A DNA stretch of 63,785 nucleotides, the filler included, from Ministeria vibrans ATCC 50519 (lineage: Eukaryota > Protista > Filasterea): assembly GCA_943704425.1 (NCBI GenBank). It is 4 parts of 4 records of this genome, joined end to end, with 100 filler letters (N's around TTAATTAATTAA, not from the genome) between each part and the next. Parts side by side here need not be neighbours in the genome. Positions count along the whole stretch, not along the records: positions 46,978 to 53,667 come from CALSCP010002106.1; positions 53,768 to 63,785 come from CALSCP010000328.1; 2 more parts are not named here. One strand, written 5' to 3'. This document shows, one piece after another, positions 50,001 through 59,237 of the stretch. The notes beneath the pieces are model-generated. The model was given only the letters and a program-made list of their open reading frames with translations, searched no databases and was not told the origin of the DNA. A program made the position numbers and the translations under genes. Each line of letters starts with the position of its first letter. Position 1 is the first letter of the stretch.

Positions 50001-53000
50001 ATGCCGTCGAGTGGGGCGACGAGTTTGCCACGAGCGAATTCAAGCTGTGCATGCCCTTCACGTGGGGAGTTCAGGGCGACACCGCCTGCTCGTTGGTTCC
50101 CTCCTTCACTGTGTACTCGGGCGAACTGTTGCAGGCGGTCATGCCTCCTGTGCAGCTCATTGATGTCGCCGGTACCATTGTGACCACCTCCTTTGACCGA
50201 TACGCTCTCGAGATTGGCGCGTGTCAGACCAACCCGCGCACCCAGTCACCGGGCGAGGCGCCCGTTGTCTTTGGACGCGAATCCATTGTGACGGGCACCA
50301 TGGAGAAGGGTCAAGGCAGTGTCAGCGGCGTGACGGTGTATGGTGAGCCGGGACAATACTGTGTGCACGCACGCGACACAAGCATTTCCAATATGATCCC
50401 GTTTCAGTTTAATGTGACCATTGTCGAGTGTTCCAGGGACGACCGCGTCATCTATTATGACTTCCTCTCCCAGTACCCTGCGTGCAAGGCTCAAAGCGGA
50501 CCGCCTGAAGTTGAGAGCATTTTGAGTGTCTCTCTCGCTGTCCTTCTGCTGCTTGTCATGCTTGTGTCACTCTGCATCATCCAGTGGCGTCGCACTCACA
50601 AGGCGACGACAGTCGCCGGACGTCTCTACATGCTTTGTGTGTTGGCGGGTCTTTCGCTTGCTCTTGTCATTCCCCTTATGTGGCGTATTTCCGCCACCCG
50701 CGCCTCGTGCATTGGTGTCATCTGGGTGGGCCATCTGTCGTTTGTGTTCGTTTTTGCGCCCATGTGGGCCAAAGTGAGTCTCATGACGTTCCTGACGCTG
50801 ACGCAACGTCGCACCGTTCAGCTTACGGTGCCCAACGATAAGCTGCGCAACTACTTGAGCGTGTCGCTGGCGCTCGTGATCCCTTACCTTGTTTTCTGGA
50901 GCGCCATTGACGACATTGAGCCTCAACAGCTCGTCGACAGCAACGGTAGTGTCTACCAGCAGTGTGTTTACAGCTCGGGTTTCTCTATTGCCCTGCTCAT
51001 CTGTGAGGGTGTACTGCTGAGCAGTCTTTTTGTCCAGCTGTGGATGCGCCGTGCTATCACGACGCTTTACAATGAGAGCGCCCGCCTCAGCTACTGCTTT
51101 CTTGTTGTGGCCGTCTATGCGTGCACTCTCATGGCTATTTACTTTATCGTGTTGGAGAGCTACGCCGGCGGCGACGATATCCTCATCGATGCCTTTGTTA
51201 TTGGTGCCGTTCTTTCTGTGTGGCTCCTCGCCCTCTATCCCATTGTACAGCGCCTCTTGCGTCGCTCGTGGGAGAGCACTGGCAACGAAGTGTTTATCTC
51301 GTATGCCAGCACTGACAAGGTCTTTGTGAACAAGTTGCGCGACAGCCTCAGCAACGAAGGCTTTGGCGTGTACGTAGACTCGGAGCGCAGCGAAGCGGGC
51401 GCAGTCTGGCGTCATCAGGTCGCACAGGCGATTCAAGCTAGTCGGATTGTCATTTTCGTTGTCTCCCCAAAGTCGTATGCCTCTTCCTACTGCAAAGAGG
51501 AGCTCCAATTTGCCTTTGACGAGAAGAAGCATATTTTCCCGATTATTCGCCAAAAGGATTTTGGTGAGGGCAACGATCCAGGACTAGACAGTAAGGAGAA
51601 CAATTATGATGTAAAATATATTGTTACTTCGTGCATTTTTGTAACAATAGACGATGGCAGTATTATTATTTTAATTTATTATCAATATTAATTTTATTAA
51701 TTTTGTCTTTTTCTTTTCAGTGCTAATGAAGACGTATCATTGGGCGTTGTTTGACAACCCGTCGGAGTTCGAGCTCAACACGCAGAAGCTTTTGCGCACC
51801 ATTTTGTACACGCTGCAGAAACAGTCTCTGGAGTATGCAGTGGAGAACGTTGAGCACTATCGTCAGAGATACCGTCTGAAGTACGCCAACGCCGAAACTG
51901 AGCTCGCTGCCCACACCAGGTTTCAAGACGTAATAATAAGAACACCAGAAAATCCAATAATAATAATAATAATTAATAATAATTATTATTATCATCGTTT
52001 TTTTTAGTACTTTTTGTCGTGGTCGCATGACGACGCGGACTTTGTGAGGCACAGATTGTACGTGAACCTGTCTGACCGCAAGTGTGAGCCATGGGCCGAC
52101 TTTCTGGGTTTGCGTTCGGGCGACGACTGGCGCAGTGTCATTGGCGAGGCTATCTCGCACTGTAAAATTATGATTTATGTGCTCAGCAGCTCGTCTGTTA
52201 TCTCGCAATGTAAGAGAGAGAGAGAGAGTGAGTGAGAGAGAGAGTGAGAGAGAGAGAGAGTGAGTGTGTGTGTGTGTGCACTGACATTTTGCCGTGACTG
52301 ACATTTTGTCCTGTGGTGTAGACTGCCAAGAAGAATTGCTGTATGCGCTAGAGTGCAACAAGAAGATTGTGACGGTGCTCGTGGACGATGTGCAGGACAT
52401 TCTTGTGCATGGTGCGCCTGCTCTGGCCAACCTGTTGACGGGTTGGCCCGTCGTGGACATGCGCGACATGAATGACTACACAGAGAACCTGGCTCACCTT
52501 CTGCGTCTGTTGCGCAACAAAGAGTTCTTTGACAAGCAAGCGGCCATCGACAATAGGAAGGGTCCCTGGGTGGAATTGCGCGCTGCTCTTACGAACGCCG
52601 TAAACCGCAACCCACCGCAACTGTGCGCCATCAGCGCTGCACTCTCCGCGCGTGGTGCGGCAGCGCGTATGAATGGCACGTCAGATCAACGCGACAGTTT
52701 CCACTTGTCCAGAGCGACTCGCAGTGATGCGTCCACCACTGCTCTGGCGACTGGCTTCAGGGCTGACGAGGCAATTGAGATGTCGACACACGCAATCGAG
52801 ATTGACGAGGACGGTTCTGTGCCGATGAGTGCGGAGACCAGCACACACGAGAGCGAGGTATACGACAGCGGCAGCGGCTCCGGTAGCAGCAGGCGCGAGG
52901 ATACTCAAAGCGCCGCTTTATTACCTCTTCAACCACTGGACGCCGTGTGTATTGCTCTTCAGCACGTCGTCGTCGACGACAGTGACATGGATGACAATGT

Positions 53001-53082
53001 CGTCGACGACAGTGACATTGACGGCAGCGACACCGACGACGATGCCCAGTTCTCTCCCGACGTGGTCGAAACTGCCCTCTAA
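47049..53082 (+). CDS. Receptor: signal peptide, beta-helix (PMP/pectin-lyase-like) ectodomain, class C-type 7TM, TIR, TIR
   Basis: Exon 1 MRCLLLCLLGIACAHA. GGA(I/L/V) and FxxN repeats. Seven hydrophobic helices at about 50515-51245 with class-C motifs (C..W..HLSF.FVFAPMWAK, WS..D..P, YNESARL, ALYP). TIR1: VFISYASTD...SSYCKEELQFA. TIR2: VLLSWSHDD...SQ/YCQEELLYA. Confidence 0.85.
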
Positions 53083-53291
53083 ACTTCGTCTCTAGTATTT
53101 CCTTATCATATTTCACAGTTGTCACTGTAATAATGATCACCAAAGTAAAAGTAATAATAAAATTAATAATAATAATAATAAATTTAATTAATAATTACGA
53201 GGAGTAATTTTTATTTATATTAAATTAATAATATTAATTAATTGGGTTTGTGGTTCCTGATTGTTTGATCATTGATCATTCATTTTCTGTC

Positions 53292-53667
<376 letters not shown>

Positions 53668-53767
53668 NNNNNNNNNNNNNNNNNNNNNNNNNNNNNNNNN
53701 NNNNNNNNNNNTTAATTAATTAANNNNNNNNNNNNNNNNNNNNNNNNNNNNNNNNNNNNNNNNNNNN
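53668..53767. other. Artificial contig linker
   Basis: N44-TTAATTAATTAA-N44. Confidence 0.95.
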
Positions 53768-54766
53768 GAACTTGGCAGAGTGGCGGCTTTTTTGAATTCA
53801 AAAAAACAAAAAAAAAAAGGATTGTGAAGGGATACCAAAGAATCACCCACGAGATGAATGTGATTGAGCAACAGCGTGGCAATGCTGTCATAAAAAATAG
53901 AAAGAAAAAGCACGATTGGAGCAGGAGATGGCGCGATTGAAAGAGGAGAAGGCACGATTGGAGGGGGATAACGCACGTATCCTCAGCTCACAGAGGGAAT
54001 ACAAAGATTATTCCACCTCTCTTGAGCGTCTGGAAGACTTGTTGAAGGAGAAGTGGATCGAGCAGCGCGAACAAGCATTCACCGAGCACCTCGTAGCTCG
54101 AATGAATAAAAATAACCGAGCCTATCAATTAATAAGCCGTGTATTGATAAATCAGAATTAGTAATATTTCGCCGTACATAACTAATACAATACTACACTT
54201 AGAAGAACACTGATATCGTGCGAAATATAATAAATATTGTATTTACAATGAGCACTACGTGTTGCGAAAAACATACTTAAATAGTTACCAGTATCAAAGT
54301 TTGCTAAACGTAGAGTATAGGCGGCGAGAGGAGCGGCGAAAGGCACATAACGAGAGTGTAAGTTATAGAGAAGGGATGTGAGGCAAAAAGATGGTATTAA
54401 AATGCCCATAAGAAGCGAAATCTTAGATAGCGAACGAAGTGAGCTATGAAGCGCGCATTGAGAGGAACGAGAAATGAGATCATGAACGATAGCGGGCAGC
54501 CAAAGGCTGTGGACGCAGAAGGAGACGAAAGACGATCCTGTTGCTTTTCTTTTTGCACGAAATGAGAAGAAGAGTCAACTGAAAGTTTAATTAAAAGAAA
54601 AAAAGTAAGAAAAAGGAAGAAGAAAATGCGGACCGAAAGTCTAATATTAGATGATGAAAGTCATCTAAAAGTTTAATCAAATAGAGAAGAAAAAGGGGAA
54701 GACGAAAAATGCAAAAAGGGGAAAGGGAAAGAACGTAAAATTGGCGGTGTTTTTTTGGGGGGGGTT

Positions 54767-57709
54767 TCAAATCATCATTGCTGCAGCTCCGACTGCCAGG
54801 TAGACCGCGCCATGTGTGAGCGATCGTGTCAGCTCGTTGTGCAACGCAACCTGGTCCAGACCACACCACCAGTCAAACGAAGTGCTTAAAGTGCTCCAGC
54901 GTCGTCGCTTGACGTCAATCCACAGGTGGCCTGCGTCCAAGTAGGCAATGAAGAGAGCCGCTCGAAGAGACGCTGTAAGACGACTCAGGCCGGTGCATAA
55001 GGGTGCATTTGTGCTCAAGTAGGCACGACCGCCTTCAAGAGCGAAGAATGACGCAGAAATTGCAGTCACGACGAAGAAGATGAGACGGTATGCGACGGCC
55101 GCGTTGCCAAAGCCCAGCGCGACAAGAGCAAGAACGAGACACAATACAACCAACTCAAGGGCATTGGGAAACCGTCTGTAGCACCACTTGGGGTATTTGT
55201 CACGCAGCAGCCCGTCGCCTTGTGTCCAGAGAAAGAAACGCCACGGACTAAAGTTACCGTCGTCCCACCAGGGATGCACAGCGCGTGCTTCTGGGGCGGA
55301 GCTCAATGGTAAGCCGGTCGCCTGAACAGTGTCAAGGCAAAGAGCAATGTCTTCACCTCCACCCGTGCCAATGAAGTCGGGGTGGAAGCGCACCGAGGTG
55401 CGACGAGTGCATAAGTTGGCGGTCACGCCCCAAGGAGGCTGTGGCATGCGCGCGGCAATTGACCAGAAGTACGTTACACTGCTCAAATCGGCGGCAAGAC
55501 ATGACGGCGAAGAAGGTGGAGGGAAACTTGTGAGACCCACAAATCCGCTTGAGTTCTCCCCTTGGTCACGCACCGCTGTTGCATACGAGCATAAAATGTC
55601 CAAGTCAGGCTCGACATCATCGTCAATAAAAACGATCCAATCAGCATCCGACTCGTCCAAGCCACGGTTGCGAGCCTTTGAAACACCCATGTTGCGCGGT
55701 TGAACTCGCACGCGCACACGACCTTGGAATTGTGACTCGCGCTCGAGCTCACGAACGTGCACGGCATTTTCGTGAGTGGGATTGTCCACAATCACGTGCA
55801 GCAACGTACTCGTTTGAGGTGCCTCCTTGATTGTAAGAATGCGACGCAGCGCAGGCAGAGAGCAGCGATATGTGGGCACGACCACATCAAGCACCAGGTG
55901 CGTGGGCTGAAAGTGAGAAAAATGGCGTGCAACACGCTGAACGCCGTCCGAGAGGATGTGTCCCTTCCAGTCGACGTGCTCGGGTGTGTATCGTGGCTGC
56001 CTGTCTGTGCCTCCAATTTCATTGCAAATCATGATTGAGTCGAGAATGCTTGAGCAACCCCAGCGACGGTACAAGGCAAAGACAAAAGGATCCGCGTCCT
56101 GGTTGACAAACACATCGGGACAGAAGCCACCAAAGCATTTGATGTGTTCGCGATGCACAATAGGAAACGTCGGAAAGCCCGGCGAAGAAATGTCATTGAG
56201 AGCCACGCAACCCAAGCCGGGTGGACAGCCGGCGCGTTCGTACTCGCGAAAACGCCGCTGAACCTGTTCCATCCAGCATTTTCGCGCGCCCGACATCATA
56301 CGCACGTCGTCACCCCACAGCACAAAGTATTCGCATGCACTCGCGTCGTCCTCGAGCGCCCATTTGCACAGCTCGTTGTACCACTTGTAAAGGGGAGCGG
56401 GACGCACGGGCGCCTTCTTGCGCACTTGGGACGGCACGCCCAACAGCTGGCTCAACCACCCCGTCAGTTCGGTCTCGGATCTCTCACCGAGGAGTGGGTC
56501 GTCGCTGTCAATTACAGCGTACACACGGGACTTGTGTGGAAGTCCTTGTGCCATCAAGCGGAGGCCCTTCTCAAAGGAGGCACGGTCAGTCTCGGTTAGG
56601 CCGCGCGATGTAAACGGAAGGCCAACCGCCAGCGTGGGCAGTCGCTGTAACACATCGTTGCGGGTGCGTGTCAGCCCATCTTGAAGTGAAACCTTTGGTG
56701 TCCAGCAAAGAATTGATTTGGCTCGGTGGGTATCGGCGACGCGCCCACGGTCACCCTCAGGGCTGTCATGGTCAAAGGACAGTTGCGTTGTCGAAGGCAC
56801 AATCAAGGCTGCCACTTCCGAAATGGAGACAGCTTTACCGGACCCGATTTGCACCGGAGCTCTGTCCAGGGCATGCTTGTAGAGCGCCAGCAGGCCCGCG
56901 ACAACGTCTTGAACATGAACAAAGTCGCGGAATTGGTCACCCGAGCCCTTCACTGCAAGCGTTGGCGGCGGCAATGCCTTTACCTGTCCAAGTGCGGCAC
57001 GAAGACACAAACCGGTAATGACTTGAGCGCTGTCGTCGAGAATGGCGCCTTCGCCGTAGACGTTGTGCAGCCGTGCAATGCCCAGGCGAGTGATGGTGTC
57101 CCGGCATCGTAACGAGAACACAATCTCACCCGTGCGCTTGGCGAGCCCATAGCCGCTGTGCGGAGCTCCCTGGTGCATGTGCGAATCCTCAAGCAGAGCA
57201 AACTTTGGCTCATCAAACGCTTGCATGGCGGCTGGATAGGCACACGCGGTGCTCACGTAGACGACAGCGGCAACGCTCGCACTTGCACAAGCGTTGGCTA
57301 CGCATACGTCGATGGCGAGTGTCTTTGTCAACATGTGTGCCTCGCGAGCCATCACGTGTTCGCAGCCTCCAACAGCGGATGCAAGATGAAAGACAATGTC
57401 TGGCGCAAGCTTTTTGATGAGCTCATCACAAGGCACTGACAGATCCTGTTGAACAAACTTGACACCGTCGGGAAAATCTGGCATCGACGACGTGCGGCTC
57501 AGATCGTCGACAACAAACACTTGAGTGCAGTGCTCATCGTTGACCAAGGCCTGCGTTAGATGAACACCGATGAAGCCGGCACCGCCAGTCACTAGAACGC
57601 GTTGAGTTCGGAGGGAAGGGACGGGCGCGGGTAATTCACCGACGTTGCTCTCGTTCCTGGAGAGCACATCAGCAACCGTATGGAAAGGTCGTGGTGAGGG
57701 CTTTGACAT
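54767..57709 (-). CDS. Intronless fusion: NAD-dependent sugar-nucleotide epimerase (extended SDR) + GT-A-like domain + GT2 glycosyltransferase + C-terminal TM region
   Basis: SDR: VLVTGGAGFIG, YVSTACAY, YGLAK, RLHNVYG, RDFVHVQD. GT-A-like: AVGLPFTSRG..AVIDSDD..LWGDDV. GT2: DVVVPTYR..GVSKARNRGL..VFIDDDV..GEDI. Hydrophobic C-terminus. Confidence 0.85.
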   Translation of the reverse strand: MSKPSPRPFHTVADVLSRNESNVGELPAPVPSLRTQRVLVTGGAGFIGVHLTQALVNDEHCTQVFVVDDLSRTSSMPDFPDGVKFVQQDLSVPCDELIKKLAPDIVFHLASAVGGCEHVMAREAHMLTKTLAIDVCVANACASASVAAVVYVSTACAYPAAMQAFDEPKFALLEDSHMHQGAPHSGYGLAKRTGEIVFSLRCRDTITRLGIARLHNVYGEGAILDDSAQVITGLCLRAALGQVKALPPPTLAVKGSGDQFRDFVHVQDVVAGLLALYKHALDRAPVQIGSGKAVSISEVAALIVPSTTQLSFDHDSPEGDRGRVADTHRAKSILCWTPKVSLQDGLTRTRNDVLQRLPTLAVGLPFTSRGLTETDRASFEKGLRLMAQGLPHKSRVYAVIDSDDPLLGERSETELTGWLSQLLGVPSQVRKKAPVRPAPLYKWYNELCKWALEDDASACEYFVLWGDDVRMMSGARKCWMEQVQRRFREYERAGCPPGLGCVALNDISSPGFPTFPIVHREHIKCFGGFCPDVFVNQDADPFVFALYRRWGCSSILDSIMICNEIGGTDRQPRYTPEHVDWKGHILSDGVQRVARHFSHFQPTHLVLDVVVPTYRCSLPALRRILTIKEAPQTSTLLHVIVDNPTHENAVHVRELERESQFQGRVRVRVQPRNMGVSKARNRGLDESDADWIVFIDDDVEPDLDILCSYATAVRDQGENSSGFVGLTSFPPPSSPSCLAADLSSVTYFWSIAARMPQPPWGVTANLCTRRTSVRFHPDFIGTGGGEDIALCLDTVQATGLPLSSAPEARAVHPWWDDGNFSPWRFFLWTQGDGLLRDKYPKWCYRRFPNALELVVLCLVLALVALGFGNAAVAYRLIFFVVTAISASFFALEGGRAYLSTNAPLCTGLSRLTASLRAALFIAYLDAGHLWIDVKRRRWSTLSTSFDWWCGLDQVALHNELTRSLTHGAVYLAVGAAAMMI

Positions 57710-58350
57710 AGTGCCAGATTAACAGTTGGTTGAGCAAGGATTGTATGAGTGAATAAAAGTGGTGCATCAATTTATTATTTTTAATCTCACATCAAAAGTA
57801 TTGTGTTCAACTCCGGATAAAGATTCGGGAATTTTTTTCAACTCCGGAAAAACGGGGGAAAATGGCCACTCTTACGCCAGCACCAGTCAAAAACTAGCAT
57901 TTCGTTAGGTTTGTAGTCAAAAACAACATTAGTGACAACAGGGGAGCTAATAGACTGCAGTCTATGGTTTGTGAAGGCGCGACGTAGCAAGCAAGGCGAA
58001 TGTTTCGGCTCGAGTGAAAATAAATAACAATAGCAGTACGCGAGAACGGTTCCAATACAAAATTACCGCTCTTCTCCACCACGCATTCTCCACTAACACA
58101 CCAAACACACTTTAAAGAATCTGTGAAGCCTTTTCAGGACGTGCCGCAGCTGCATGAAAGCACGTTGTCTCAGCCTGCAGGGTTGCTATATTGGCGGGCA
58201 AGGCAGCACCGTACTCGAGAACGAGAGTCTGTTATTTGCTTTTTGGCTTGGGTATCAACAAGGAAGGTCACTTAAACTGATTTAAAGGAGTTGTTTAGTC
58301 ACAACGCCATGTTGCTGTTGTTTTTGATATAATTAAGAAAAAGTAAAATT

Positions 58351-58437
58351 AATAGAGAATCGAAAGCTGTACTCAATGTGTCAAAACAAGACAATATACA
58401 AAACAAAAGGCAGCACAATACTTCCGCCGACAACTTC
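58351..58437. repeat. Dispersed ~90-nt intergenic repeat, copy 2
   Basis: Diverged copy of 7328-7418. Confidence 0.8.
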
Positions 58438-58509
58438 TAGACGAGAATGTATCAAAAGAAGCCCATAGACCCACTGATACACCCATGGATTACATGATTA
58501 AATGAGTTG

Positions 58510-59151
58510 TTACGAAAGATCCTTTCTGCGACACCACTTTGCAGGCGCACAGTACGACGGCAGCTCAAAGACGCTGGCGGGCACATCGCCGACAACGACG
58601 CGGGGCACATCAAAGTCCCATACATACGGCTCGAGATTGGGCCCACCGCCGTCTGCCAGTTGACAGGGCGTCTGTGCCGTTGTGTTGGTGTACGCATAGT
58701 AGTCGTTGGACGTGCTGCCCGTGACGACGAGCTGTTCGCAGGCGACGCCCGTCGAGACATTGTGGACGCCCAGCGAACGAGCGCCGTCCAGCCAGTTGGG
58801 TGTGAGTGCACCGCAGCCGCTGTCGCAGTCGAGACAGCACTCGTGCAGCTCGGGCCAAAGGAAGTAGCGCGATCCGTTGCGCACGGCGATCTGCTGACAT
58901 GCAGTCTCCTCGTCGTGGTAGCGGCTACACAGCGGGTTGTAGCGCCCGTCGGCCCGGTCCACACGCTGCGAGCGCAGTGCCCACGAGTAGTAGAGCGCCC
59001 CACGCACCGTGTAGTTGCGCGTGGGGAACAGACTGAGTTCGGTGAAGGGTCCCGAAAAGGCCAAGGGCCACGGCGACGCCTGGTGTTGACTGGCGGCAGC
59101 TGCGGTTGACGCAAGCAGACATGCGGTGGCGAGAAGAGTTGCTGCGCGCAT
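58510..59151 (-). CDS. Secreted Cys-rich protein, probably ependymin-related / LolA-like fold
   Basis: Signal peptide MRAATLLATACLLASTAAA; PWPLAF, GALYYSW..QRVDR, ECC, LTPNWLDGA, C-terminal VFELPSYC. The family pattern is recalled, not searched. Confidence 0.55.
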   Translation of the reverse strand: MRAATLLATACLLASTAAAASQHQASPWPLAFSGPFTELSLFPTRNYTVRGALYYSWALRSQRVDRADGRYNPLCSRYHDEETACQQIAVRNGSRYFLWPELHECCLDCDSGCGALTPNWLDGARSLGVHNVSTGVACEQLVVTGSTSNDYYAYTNTTAQTPCQLADGGGPNLEPYVWDFDVPRVVVGDVPASVFELPSYCAPAKWCRRKDLS

Positions 59152-59237
59152 TGTCAACTGATGTCGAATTAAAAGTGTGGGACAGTGGGACTGTGTGAAA
59201 GTGAAACTTGAAACAGTGAAAGTAGTGAGATCAAAAA

